DNA of 36,797 bases. Origin: Paraglomus brasilianum. Its lineage: Eukaryota. The notes beneath the pieces are model-generated. The model searched no databases. It had not been told where the DNA came from and worked only from the letters and a program-made list of their open reading frames with translations. Location of the stretch: contig CAJVPI010000284.1 in assembly GCA_910592345.1 (NCBI GenBank), positions 1 through 36,797 on the forward strand. Reading direction: 5' to 3'. The position numbers and the translations under genes were made by a program. Shown piece after piece: positions 1 through 13,094 of this stretch. How positions within the stretch are numbered: the stretch's first letter is position 1; every line of letters begins with the position of its first letter.

Positions 1-136
1 TTACATGCGTGCGAATTCGACATATAATTTACGAAATTTTGTGTTACTCAGTCATTTATGGGAGGGGGCTGTATATTATCACGTGATTTTACAATGACCA
101 TGCATATTTTTTATCATGATAATTATATATACCGTT

Positions 137-290
137 TCATAATTTTATTTTATTCAATTCTGACAATACATATTCAGGGATACACGGTGAGACTCTTTCT
201 GGCAGCATATTCTGCCAACTTACCAGTGATTCCCTTCCTATACAAATCCATGTAGTGCCATGCTTTCCTAGCGTTTTTTGCGAACCTTCC
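137..290 (-). pseudogene. C-terminal remnant of a fungal Tc1/mariner-IS630-like DDE transposase
   Basis: Minus-strand translation across small frameshifts reads ARKAWHYMDLYRKGITGKLAEYAARK..SHR.CIPEYVLSELNKIKL*. This matches the C-terminus of the remnant at 29768-29809 (EYAAKKYISHRRIP). The catalytic core is absent. Confidence 0.75.
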
Positions 291-1321
291 ATTATTGTCT
301 CGCTCTTGTTCTTTAACATTAATTTTTCTTTTTGATGGGTCATTGATACATAGTAATAGGTTTGATCAAGATTATCAAGAATAATGATTATCATATGATC
401 CGAAATTTGCCTTTTTATTATATATATCATATAGAATTCACTGAATTTTAAACCATAATAACTTAAAATTTTACATAACGTTTTATAAAAGTACACCGAT
501 AAAAATGTTCAGTTTGTTTTAATTTATCATTTTATCGGTTTAGATTTACAAAAAGTTTATTTGTTTTTAACTTATAAAGTTTGAAAGTCGTGTGATATTT
601 GCGTGGTTTATAGGTGAGTGCCACCACGATATTAGAAAAAAGAAAAAGGTAGGGTGTATATAAGAAATCTATTGGCAGAAAGAACTTCTACGTAAATTTT
701 ATAGGCTATGTTTGTAATACTACTAATATCCAATCCCCTATTCCGAATACAATTTCGAGAGAAAGTTTGCTGAATTACATTTCGGCGTTACGTGAGGTGT
801 TTCTAGACCCGAAAAAGAAAGGCAATGGATGGTGGAGAAAAAAAAAACCAGCCAACGTCTTTAAAACCCAGTGTCTTATATCTTGACTTATTATATAGTC
901 TCGTGGATTCCGAAGTAATGAATTTCGACAATATTGACGGTGAAGAAATCGGAAGCGATAATATTTGAGAATAATTAATTAGGCATAATTTGGCGTTCAA
1001 AATTGCATGGCAGAAAAATACTATATCAGTCTTATGTGATACTTGTTTTTGCAAGCATTGCTTGTTTTGTTATTTGATTTATAGAGTGCAGTTGCGTTTA
1101 CCACAGGCGTGTAGTTTGTTGTTTATTTATTTTTATCTGCTGTTTTTAATGAATTCTCGTTTGCTCTCCGCAGCATAGTGCTGCGGTGAGCAATGACGCA
1201 ACAAGGGTAATATGTCGCGTCATCATGTGTTTGGAAATTTATATTGGAGTTTTTTTCCCACTTTCCTTAGTGGCTGCTATTGCGACACCCTTACGGCGCT
1301 CATTGTACACATTAGTCTCTC

Positions 1322-3766
1322 ATGTCTCGAAAAAAACCTAGACATAGCTTATGGTATGCCTTCGAAGGCGACAATGCCCGGCGATTACGTGTTGAAGATC
1401 TTCCCGATGACGAGCCCAGTGTTGGTGACATTCAAGACGAAATCATAAACAAAGAAAGGTCATCGTGTGCTGCAAGCACGATTACTCTTAAAGTAAAGGC
1501 TCCCGAAGACGACAAGTATAAATTGTTAGACGATGCCTTATTCCAAAAGCATGAAGAAAATTTCGTCAAATTAAAGGACTTCTTTAAGATATCAAATAAA
1601 AATCCAATAATAGCCAGCATCCCAGGTAATGATATGTGACTCAGACGTCGGGGACATATGCACATAGACATAGTAATACGAGTTTCTTTGTTGTGAATTT
1701 ATAAGACAGTGTTAATAATTTTAGCATTGACTTTTAATTCATAATACTCATAAAAGATAAAATTGAGAGCTTAGAGCTAAAAAGAAAAAGGAAAATAACG
1801 GAAGAACGTAAGAAATATATCAGTAGAACTCTGTTTTCCATGCATTTTGCTCCTTATTCTTACAAACAGTTCTCTACAGTTACGAAAGCAAATAAAAAAA
1901 GATGGACAGTTAATAGCGCCATTCCAGATGCAGAGCGTAACAATGTGTACTTCGTTGATCCAATGAAGGAGAGCGTTCCGCTCCTTGATATGATTCGGAG
2001 AGGAGAATTTGTTGCTTTATATGGTGCACGCGCTTCAGGAAAATCCACACGTACGATCCAAGCTATGGAACAGTTGATACGCGAAGGCTTTATTTGTGTC
2101 TAGTAAGCTTTGTTAATAAGTTTTGTTTAAGTCAATTGATCACATTTGCGGAGTCTGATTGTTGATTCCATTTCTTCGCAGTATAACTCTCGAGCTGATT
2201 AACATGGAATCTGTAGATAAATTCTGGATATCACTGGGCCATTCGTTCGAAACTAATGATACTTCTAATATCGACTTTGCTGGTATCAAATCCGCTAGTG
2301 AATTCGCTAGATTGCTTGGGAAAGATAGGTGTAAAAAAGAGGTGGTTCTATTTGTCGATGAGTACGATGTATTGTATGAAGCAGATGATGACGTTAGAGC
2401 CTCATTCCTTGGGACTATCCGCGGTATTAAAAACGCAAAACGCAATTATTCTCTCTGGTCCTCTGTGGCCGTCGGTCCCTTCAGCATCTTACATTTGAGT
2501 TCAAACAAAAGTATGTCACCTTTCAATGTGAAGGATCCATTTCAAAATCCAAATTTCACAAAGGAACAGGTACAGTCGTTATATAGAGACTTTGCACATG
2601 ACTACAATTTCATCATTGATCCGGCAATCATTGAGGACATTTACACACGAACAAATGGGTATGTGAAATTTGTCATGTAGCACATGAAAAATCAAGGGCT
2701 AAAATTAAAATCTGCTTTCCACAATTCTTGTTATTTTGTCAGACATGCTGGGCTTGTATGCCTATGCGGAAAAGCTATTTATATAGATTTAATAAGAAAA
2801 CTTGATGAAAGAAGACAGCTTGACTTCTTAACTTGGTTAAATTTCGCCATCATTTCATTGCAAAAATTGGTGCTTGATTATGCCACCTTCAGAAAGATGG
2901 TCCATACACTTACCAAGGATAAAGCCAGGCAAGCCATGCAGCTTGTTCGATCTGCATTTATAGGATTCTTTGATTTAGTACACATTGTTGACAATGAAGA
3001 AAGAAACTTGGCAGAATTCTTAACAGCTGAGGGCGTGCTAATTAGGGATGAAGAGAGCAAGGATAAATTTAAAATGTCATCTGCTCTTGTAGATGAGCTC
3101 ATTCGGCAAAGAGTCATTCCTGAATTATTCAAGTCCACCCCAGCAGTTGCAGTTCCTGAAAAACGTGATGGATTCCTTGATATTATCAACATTTTGAAGA
3201 CAGTTGTTCAGTTCTTTGACCAAGACATCATTTCCCGAGCATTCTATCGGTCGTTTAAAACAGCACATGATATATATGTGAACAGTCAGAAAAACAAACA
3301 TGTTCCCCGAGAAAGCACCTACGATGCAGAGATGAACAGAATCTTAATCAACTGGATTTCCAAACAACGCGATTTTGAGGTCACTTGTCAGTGGCATTTA
3401 GTAGAATATTGTGCCAACGAAAAATATAAACATACATATAGTGATATTGTAATCAAAACTCCATACCAGACGGTTGTTTTGGAACTTCTAGCTACTGCAA
3501 CTAGAACACAACTCAATGAACATTTTGTACGGGCAATTGAATATGGGAATAAGCTATGTGCGGAGGAAGTTTGGATAGTACATTTCACATGTGAGGATAA
3601 TTCAACCCAAAATCCCTATTATCCACCTAGTGCAGAACTTTGCAAGCTTAATATCGTACACTTCTTGCATGATGAAGAGTTTAAAAATGTGCGAATGAGT
3701 GCTCGATTCATGGATAGCTCTGGTAGTTTTAGTCATATTAATGATGAACTGATTATTGAAAAATGA
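1322..3766 (+). CDS. Crinkler (CRN)-like protein: ubiquitin-like header + STAND/AAA+ NTPase + C-terminal PD-(D/E)xK-like nuclease, ~692 aa
   Basis: Exons 1322-1625, 1757-1807, 1880-2102, 2182-2658, 2743-3766 are all GT-AG and splice in frame (2079 nt). Walker A GARASGKST, Walker B LFVDEYD and a STAND-type TNGHAGLV motif formed across the last intron. The C-terminal RESTYDAE...SDIVIK...VVLELLAT pattern is REase-like. The micro-exon encodes basic KRKRK. Confidence 0.85.
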
Positions 3767-6334
3767 CTAGTCTTTGAGAACGAAATTTACACAAATTAAA
3801 ATTGCAATTTATTTTTTGCTAATAAAATGAAACCAAAAATTATTGCTGTTTTATTATATGTATGAATTCTTTCAGAGACACATTGAAAAAAGTTGGAGGG
3901 TTATAGAAATAATATATGACGTTGCTTTCAAGAGAGGTGTCCTATGTACGGCTTATAATGATATTGTAAACTGCTGTTGCTCTCGCAGTAAGATCGCGAA
4001 TATTTCTTGGATGATACAAGCCTTAATCCTACAGTTTATGTAATTCTCACTCAAGGCTTGGTTATTTGACGTCCGCTTCCTATATATACCAGGCTAAATA
4101 CAGGATTTCGTAATTGGCGATAGAAGTACTATATTCACAGCGATTATTGCTAAGAAAAGAGATATCCGCTATAATAATCGCTCACTAGGTTGTTGTTACT
4201 AACAAGGGATTATGTAACGTGGGTATATATTAAGCATCGATTAATAGTAGATGACTACTAACCGTTCATCAATAAATAATAAAAGAAGACCAGAACTTGT
4301 TTCTTTATTTTATGTTTGATCAAATGTCTGAAAAACGCGTTGAATCTCTAGGGTTCGACCAATGTTTGTATATATATGTGTCAAGATTATTATTATTACT
4401 ATTATTTAGCCAACAATGTAACTTGTTTGACGCTGTTCTTCGAGCTTTGTATTGACCATGTTTACAAGGTTCAAGTGAGAAAGGAGTCAAGGAAAGGGTG
4501 GGTTGCTTGCGAATGTAATTAATTATTATATAAATAACTAATTATAGTACAAGTTTTCGGATTCAAGAACAGAATTCAAACTACCAGGTTGAAGATGAAC
4601 ATGTTGAAGATGATGCTAGCTAGCGAAACTACCTCTACATATATACCTTTCTATCCGTTCCATTAACTAACTATATAATTATATACGCTGGCATTAGTTG
4701 AATTGTTTTGCACGCGAATTATGCACTCCGTCATTGGTATGCAAAGCGTTAACCGGTTTTAGGTTGTGTTGCTGTTATTAGCGCTATCGGGGAATGTATT
4801 CCAGCAAATAGCGCCTATATGACGAATATACATTAACGAATAACTGCTGCGCAAACAAGTTATATTTATTGATTCAATAGAGGCTGTGTATGAATGTACC
4901 ATATGCGTCACTACATTAATAGCATGTGATGAATAAAGGTTGATCGGCAAATGTTCACTGTTCGATTGTGACAGTGAAAATGACCAACATATGCTTGATC
5001 TTTGAGATAGTAAAACTAAGTGAATACAGTGGTTTTTAGTGACAGACTATAAGACTTATGTTGCAGAGATGAGGTTTCCATTCTCTCGTCAACCTGGAAT
5101 TTTACACTTGAAACTCCATTGGGTTTCGAATTCCTAAAAAATGCCGTTCTAACATCTGCTCCCAAATAAAAAACAGGTTTAGAACTTGAATGCGGACCAC
5201 CCCCTTTTGGATTCCACTATTTGTACGTTCTAACACGGTACGGGCCGAACTAGAAAATGCGACAGCCCCAGTGTGACCCTTAAGTAGAGTGCGTCTATGG
5301 GGGCTTATCAACATGTCGGTCCGAGACCATCATTAGTGACATATCTTTGAGGAATTATGATGATACTGTGTGGGACATGTACACTATCTAAGACAACTCT
5401 AAATTCAAAACTGGAAGAGATTAGCGTTAATAATAATAATTGGTGGGATAGACAGCTCTTGCAGTGGTTGTTTCAAGCTTTGATCGGCAATATTCAAGTC
5501 TCTAGAGGCTAAGCTTTCATTAAACGAGCATAATTTGCTGCGACTCGTATTGCGATTTTAGGGACTAACTTTAATGGGCTAACAAAACAATGATCGAAGT
5601 AAGATAATGGAATGATGTGTATACAGACATGTTCGTTCTACGAATACCTCAGTATGAAATATTTTAAATTTGCATGAGCCTCTGAAAAATGAAACCGCAA
5701 ACGTGTATTAATGCAAGTCTATAAGCAAATTAGCCGAATTTACATGGAATAATCCTTTACTATGTACTGCGGTATAACGCATAATCAAACAATGATGGCG
5801 ATCTGCTGCTCAATGATTCCAGGGAATGGTCCTCTAATACTAATTAGAACTAGAACCATTTCTATCGCCGAGCTCAATAGTGATGTGGATAAATTTTCTC
5901 TCCTTAACTAATTGCCGAGCATAGTTCTCAATAAGAATGGGCTTGGATGTTCAATATCTATTTAATGATTTCCATGTGTTACAGTATGATGTATCACTCA
6001 CTGTTCTCTTGATTCTATCAATCGAATGGCGTAGGGAATTGTCAAATAAGTAAGCTGTTATTTAATAATATAAATAAACAATAACATACTGATAAAAAGA
6101 AAATTGTTTCTTTCTATGATACCAAAATAGAAAAAGGGATGACCGAGACATTCTTGTGTTAACCTCCTGATTCATTTTGTGGCGTTATCGCTTGGGCAGA
6201 ACACGTGGTACTTAACAACAATATAAATACACCCCATTGCGTGAAAAATCACTAGAAAACACCATTACCATCACAAATAAAACAACGGAATCCGAATAAT
6301 TACAAGTGCAGCTTACATAACTACTCGATTAACT

Positions 6335-7504
6335 ATGAAGAAACTTAGTAAGGTTGGAAAAGGAACGGTTAAATATGGGTTTGCTTACGGTACGTACAAC
6401 GGTATGATACTTGGTAATATTAGATAGAACGCTCCTAACACAAACTTTATTGTCTTGCTAATAGAGAATCCAAAATCAGAATCACGACTATTCGTTCCGC
6501 AAGAATTAACAAGGATTATACTAACACCCACTCACTCCAGATTCATATTCATCGGCACACGACATGAGATCCTCCAATGGATGCTTGAGCATGAGAACAT
6601 AATCGTAGAATACGCTCCAATGGCTGAGGGACTTTCTCCTCCACTATCTCCGTCGACGTCTCCAAAGCTTAGCCCGATGCCAATGGGGATGCCTCTTCAT
6701 TTTACAAACTCTACATTCTCATCTATGTCGACATCCACATCCACATCCACATTCGCACCCACACCACCCAAGTTCACACCTACATTCACATCGACATCGA
6801 CATCGACATCCACGTCCACAGCTTCCACCGGCAGCAGTAAATCAGCCAAACTCACATTCGATCTCTTTGGACAAGCATTAAAGAATCTAAATCCGGCCAC
6901 GAGCGACAAAGCGATCTATAAACCAAAAAATTGTGCAACGGACTATTTGCCATGGGCAGAAGTGCTTCTGGAAATACGACCTACAGATCCAATAAAAGAT
7001 GCAAAAGAAACCCCATTAAAACGGCTCGTTCTCAAATCAGGTTTATCCTTCTACGAAATTTCCAAAGCACTCGAGAAATGTTGGAGAAACGTCATTCCTG
7101 ATTCGTTCTCTCGTTTCCTTAAACCACCACCCACTGTCGAAGATGGTAGCGATGATGCCCCAACCGAAGATGTTAATCCGTTTTATGACTGGTTAGCAAG
7201 AACTAAGAGTACGACTATTCCAACTCCAGACATAGCCAAGAAATGGCAGCAAAAGATGTCCGTTATTCCACCTGGAGTAGTGACGCCATACGTTATAGAA
7301 AATATTGCTTCAGATGATATGGTGTTGACTAAGCCCGAGGAACAGAGGAGACTGGAAAAGGAGAGGGAAGCCATGGAAGAGAAAGAAAGGGCGAGATTAG
7401 CAGAGGAATTTGGAGAGGGTAGTCAATTCGCGTTGCCCAACTATTACCATTCATCCGAGGATCCATTACTTGAAAGTGGAATGACTGTGGGGAGATCAAC
7501 ATAA
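6335..7504 (+). CDS. Hypothetical protein, ~364 aa, with a central Ser/Thr/Pro-rich linker and a C-terminal charged helix
   Basis: ATG at 6335; exon 1 6335-6389; GT-AG intron 6390-6464; exon 2 6465-7504 in frame with the long ORF. (TS)n hexamer repeats at ~6727-6820. No family recognised. Confidence 0.75.
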
Positions 7505-8333
7505 ATGTATTATAAAATGATAGGTCGGGCGTACTTACTAATACATTCTATCTATTCTTTTGTTATTTATTTATTCTTTTCATTTATTGAGTTAATATTA
7601 TTACGAGTATAATTGTGTGAACAAAAATGTACAGTCAAATCTTAAAATAAACTCCCAAACAAGTTAATTAGGTTGCCGCAGAACACAATATAATCATGTA
7701 AATCAAGCACATTGTAGCACTATAGACATTGACAGACATTGCATATGACGTCAGATCCGGTGTCATTGCAGACAGTGAAGCCCGAAGAAATTTCTAATTT
7801 GTACTATTTATAGAAACAAGTATTATAGTATCGCACATGCAATTCGTCTTATTACGAAATTTCCCAATAAAGTTTAAACTGGACGTATGCAATGAGGAGT
7901 CAATTAAACTTATAAAACGTTGGTTTATTGACATAAGTATTATTATTAATAATACGCCATCAGTCTTGATAACTCTAATAATAATAACCGATTTATCGGA
8001 AATCAGCGGTTGAAGACATCTAATTAAGTCGGTTTAGATTAATATAGTTACATTGTAAAATTATCTTAGAGAATTGACATGCTTTTTCCTTTCAACGTAC
8101 ACATGGCTATTTATTAAATCATTCGGAATAATTAAAAATTGAAAGGTCACAAATTATCACGTGAGATTACGCAAGACTTTTAACTAGTTGATTATTATTA
8201 TCATTTGCCGCGATTTATTCAAAAGACTCATCATCATTAAAACAAATAATATTATGACATTATTGCGTGTTTTTATCGATAATTGTAATAATTTGCCAAT
8301 TGGCATCAAAACACATATTCAAATGAGACATTG

Positions 8334-8396
8334 TTTGTAAAAGACTTGTCATTATTTGTAAAAGACTTGTCGTTATTTGTAAAAGACTTGTCATTA
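8334..8396. repeat. Tandem repeat, 3 x 21 bp (TTTGTAAAAGACTTGTCATTA)
   Basis: Three adjacent copies with one substitution in copy 2 and no spacers. Confidence 0.9.
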
Positions 8397-9081
8397 TTAT
8401 TATTTTTAATACTCGTTTAAAGCGCGCTTAGAGCGCGATGATTATGTTTCTAAAGAACATTTCCTGACCACTGACACCTCATTATTATTAGTGTTAATGA
8501 CTATTGCTGTAACCGTCCATTATACGAACAAAGCTATTCTGAAAACAGTTGTAGAGTGCAAGTTTTCGTTGTTTTAACGTAAATATCACCAATTTAACAG
8601 GTACTGCAGTAAGCGACGCGCGGGACACTTCTCAACAATGGCAGACATTTTACTGATCGCTTCTCTGCTATGCAAAGTATTGGGTGCTTGGCAGTATAAC
8701 GTTAAAAAAAGGACTGTTCTTTTGAAAAAAAATTTTATTTCAGTACAAAGCGAACCACATGCAATGGCCGTGGGATATATTCGTTAGTTGTATAGATGCG
8801 CAATAAAGTATGATGTTCTTAAGGTTGTGTCTTCGTTCGACTTTCAGTAAGGTAGACGCCTACGAAGGAGTGGATTACTTCTATCTTCTGCATTCTGACC
8901 AAAAAAACGCAGTGTTCGCGTTTTTTGTGTAGTAAAATCAACATATGCAATAATAGATAGCACGTAATCATGAATATATGATTGGGGCAGCTAAAGCGTG
9001 ATAACCCGGGGTGGAATAGTAGTGGAAGATGTGGAAGCTATTGGTGAGCATTCTCGAAATTTGGTTTGGAGTAAGGGATTA

Positions 9082-9123
9082 AGTGAATTAGGATGTATTA
9101 GTAGTGAATTAGGATGTATTAGT
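9082..9123. repeat. Tandem duplication, 2 x 21 bp (AGTGAATTAGGATGTATTAGT), plus a partial third copy
   Basis: Seen directly upstream of MLH3. Confidence 0.85.
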
Positions 9124-9353
9124 ATGAAATTAGATAACTGGTTAATATTTATATTCTTCCGTAACATACTGTATGCAAAAATAATAGCTGCAGGCACACA
9201 ACTATAATCATTGTCCAAGTTTACTCGTGAAGTCATTGAAGAAACCGCTTTTTTCGAATAGCTAAGATTGGGGTCATGTGGTTTGATCCATAACAATCAT
9301 GCCGTCAACGTGTTTTGACCATCAAGAGTGTCGCTACCCAAAGTGTACGGACT

Positions 9354-12300
9354 ATGACCATTCGAAAATTAAATGAAACAGTTATACGTAAGCTGCGCGC
9401 ATCACTTGTAATCACATCGATTGCACAGTGTGTACTCGAACTCGTTCAAAACAGTAAGTGTTCGATAATATCTTGGTTGTTCTTTCACTTTTTCTCATTA
9501 CCGCTTATTCTACAATCGCAGGCATCGATGCCTCTGCAACTACAATTGAAATACGCGTGGATGTCTCTACATATTACGTACAAACCATTGACAATGGTAC
9601 TGGGATATCACCAGAAGACCTGAAGAAAGTCGGACAGCGCTATGCCACGTCAAAGTGTCATACGCTAGACGAATTACAAAAAGTCAACACTTATGGTTTT
9701 CGAGGAGAGGCACTGGCCAGCATTGCAGAGGAGGCGATAGTTGAGATAATAAGCAAACATCCTGGTTGCTACGACACGTACTCGAAAACGATAAAGGGTG
9801 GACAACTTATTCAGTATGGGCCCACAAGATATAATAATCGAAGAAACAGTGGGACTACGATTATAATACGAGACTTGTTCTATCGCGTAAGTGTTTGCCA
9901 AACGTAAACACGGTGTTTGTGTTCTCTCGGGTCCCCCCGTGATATCTTATCAATTCTACATTTAGTATCCAGTTCGTCGAAGGCAACAAGCACAGACACC
10001 GGCTTCATTTGCTAATGAGATCGATAGCGTGAAGCGAGCAGTGGAGACGATTGCTCTCATTTATCCAAACATTATCTTCACTTTAATAGACACGTTGCGC
10101 GATGCAAAGATAGTAATGACACGCAAGACAAATTCGTCCATCTCGACGTTTAGACAGCTCTTTGGAGTTTCGCTCTCCCAACATCTGGAATCTGTGTCTG
10201 AAGAAGAGGATGATTTTGTCATAAAAGGTTTTATTTCAACGAGAGGCTTACCATCGCGTCAACACCAATACATTTTTGTTAATAATCGACTCATTGCCTA
10301 TAATGACATCCACAGAACCATCGACGAATTGTTTGCTCAGAGTAGCTTTCCGGACAGAGTCAATGACACTTTGGACTTGATCTCCAGCATGGAGATATCA
10401 TCTGATCAGAGGCAGAGAAAGTCAATGGGGAAATATCCCGTGTATCTACTGCAACTTACTTGTGCTGCGACCGAGTACGATATTTGCTTGGATCCTGCAA
10501 AGAATATTGTGGAATTTCAGAACTGGGAAAAGATACTGAGACTAGCCTCATCTTTGATCATCGATTTTCTCATAAAACACAAATTTGCGGAACATTCAAA
10601 TTCATCTGATGACAGTGTTTGTGAGGATGCGGATGGGAGAAATGACACTTGTCCTAGATTGAGATTTGATGAATTGTCGCATATTAAATGCAGTGGTGTA
10701 AAAGAACATTTATTTACTGATAAAGAATTGAAGGGCGGCTCATGTGAAATGTCAATGGTATCCGAAGAGTTACCACGTGTACAGCCACAGCAAGCACCTG
10801 CACAAGCACCTGCACAAGCACCTGCACAAGCACCTGCACCTGCACCTGCAGTCGAGACACCAAAGTCCGTACGTACGGAAATGAATGAATATTCCAAGTG
10901 GACTGATCCAATTACGAAAGAAAGTTTCTACGTTGATAAGAGGACAGGAAACTCGTAAGAATGCGTTTTTAGGTATAAAGATTGTAGTAACCGAATAGAA
11001 AACTGACGACTGGCTTTTGAAGGTACAAGACGATACCGTGTTATAGTGATGAAACCGAGAACAATCCCATGCCAATATCGACCAGAGGATGCGTTGATAG
11101 GAGTCGTCTGCGAACGTCAGCAGATTGTAAAAATAACGCGAATTTAAATCTATGGGCACATGACGTATTTAAGGTTGTAGTAACCAAAGTCTTGCGCATT
11201 GTTGCTTTCGTAATATAACATTAACCTTGTTCTTAACAGAAATGGACAGGCTCAAATATCAACAACACGTCTGAAACGCCAATACCTCATTTAATGCTAC
11301 CTGGTGCCAACATGAAAAAAATGACAACCCGAAATTTATTCTCGTGGTGTGCATCAGCAACGATGGATATATCCAAATATCGATTCACGAAACAAGATCT
11401 AAAATCAGTCAAAGTAATAGGCCAGGTAGATGACAAGTTTATCGCATGTAAATTGCAATGCAGTGATACACACACGAGCAGCAATGGCTCATCTACCCTA
11501 ATACTCGTCGATCAACATGCAGCAGATGAGAGAATAAGAGTCGAGATGTTGTTGAAAGAATTTTGCGAGTATGACTCGGACCAGGCAAAGGCCACCGACT
11601 CTCGTCTTGGCATATCCATAGTTGAGACAATACATCTCAATCCGCCGGTCAAGGTTTCTCTGTCGACACGCGAAGCATTAGTGGCTCAACGGTTTATAGA
11701 CCAATTCAACAAATGGGGAATATACTTTGCCTCGCAATCTACTTTACAGACATTTGATACTACATCTACAGCGGAATTGGACATATCACCTCATTTCTCC
11801 AGGCTCAATGACCATGTCACGGAACATGTTACACATCTGCCTCGTATGATAGCAGATAAATGTGTGGCAGATTCACGCGTTTTACAAGGGATAATAAGAC
11901 AACATTTGTATTGGCTAGAGGATACTGGCGGAATTGGAGTGAGCGTGGATGATGACGGCGGATACACAGAGAGTGAAGAAGAATGGCCAAACATGATAAG
12001 AAGATGTCCAAGAGGAATATTGGACATTATTAATTCGAAAGCATGTAGAGGTAATATTTGAGTCGAGTCGAGGGGGAGGATTTGTTTGGATGTCAAACTT
12101 TTGGTTGCTGACAACGTATATTTTAAAGGTGCCATAATGTTTAATGACAAGTTATCCCGCGAGAATTGTATTGAATTGGTATCAAAACTTGCTGAATGCA
12201 TGTTTCCGTTTCAGTGTGCTCATGGAAGGTGATTGGCTTTTTATCTGTCAGCTGTTTTCAGTAAAACTTAAAGTGTTAACTGTTGCAACTCTTATTAGAC

Positions 12301-12461
12301 CATCGATGATTCCAGTGGTTTCCCTAGATAGTGTGCAAAAGTCCAGATTTGCTCAAAAGAAAGGTCGACATACCAGAATGTCTAGACAAGATACCGCGAG
12401 TGGCAGTAATTGTGATTTTAGAGAATGGAAACGACAAAAGTTCTCTAGCGAGATCGATTAG
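9354..12461 (+). CDS. MLH3: DNA mismatch repair / meiotic crossover endonuclease MLH3 (MutL family), ~892 aa
   Basis: Exons 9354-9453, 9522-9886, 9966-10954, 11023-11173, 11240-12050, 12129-12228, 12299-12461 splice in frame (2679 nt). GHKL motifs ELVQNSIDA, DNGTGI, YGFRGEALASI and DLFYRYPVRR. Endonuclease motifs DQHAADERIRVE, KACRGAIMFND and FPFQCAHGRPSM are MLH3-type. Confidence 0.95.
10791..10850 (+). repeat. Coding minisatellite (CAAGCACCTGCA)x4 + (CCTGCA)x2, encoding QAPA/PA repeats in the MLH3 linker
   Basis: Perfect 12-bp tandem units, in frame. Confidence 0.9.
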
Positions 12462-13094
12462 TGTTTTGAATTTACCCGCCATATAACACGGCCATTCGAC
12501 TATCGGTTACGCCATTATTAATTATTGGGATACACTCATCCTTGGATTCATTTTTAATATGACTGATGTTCATCAGCACTTTATTACGTTTAGAGATTTT
12601 TTCTCTAACCCAAAAAAGTTATATGGAATTATTAAAATGATTCACTAAGAGAAAAATGTATGTATAGACATTAAAGCGTTTGGCAAAAAAAGTAGTTAAT
12701 GCGGGGTTATAAAATGCAAGGAACTATGTACATTGAATTTAGAAATTGGTGTCTGCCTTCGTCTTGGACAATTATATGTGGGAAGGACTTTTTTGAATAA
12801 AAGGAGAGGGGTTGAAAAATGACGACGAAATTATCAGCAGAAATTGTGTAAATACAATAATCCCATATTATCCGTTACCGATTGGCGTATTTTTTTTTCA
12901 AATTAATCTGCTATTCTCACACAACATAAATTAAGCAAGTACTCTGTCCCCATTGATATTCTGAGACACCCATCAATTGAAAAAAAAGAAAAAGAAATAG
13001 TAAAGCAAGAAAAAAGAAAGATATCCACTTTTTAAACATTGTCCTTCCCGATCCAGGGAATAAGTTTCGTTCGATCAATCTTGTCCTTGGCAAT

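Noticed and set aside
653..1040. Protein-like text (RESLLNYISALREVFLDP...; FDNIDGEEIG)
   Set aside because: No start codon and no recognisable family; possibly a relic but unsupported.
5020..5960. Possible decayed gene (e.g. SKLEEISVNNNNWWDRQLLQWLFQAL)
   Set aside because: Frequent stops in all frames and no identifiable motif.
8334..8396. 21-bp repeats as a CRISPR-like array
   Set aside because: The copies are directly adjacent with no spacers, there are no cas genes, and the context is eukaryotic.
8902..8926. Hairpin plus T-run resembling an intrinsic terminator
   Set aside because: The stem is mostly A/T, the genome is eukaryotic, and such a match is expected by chance.
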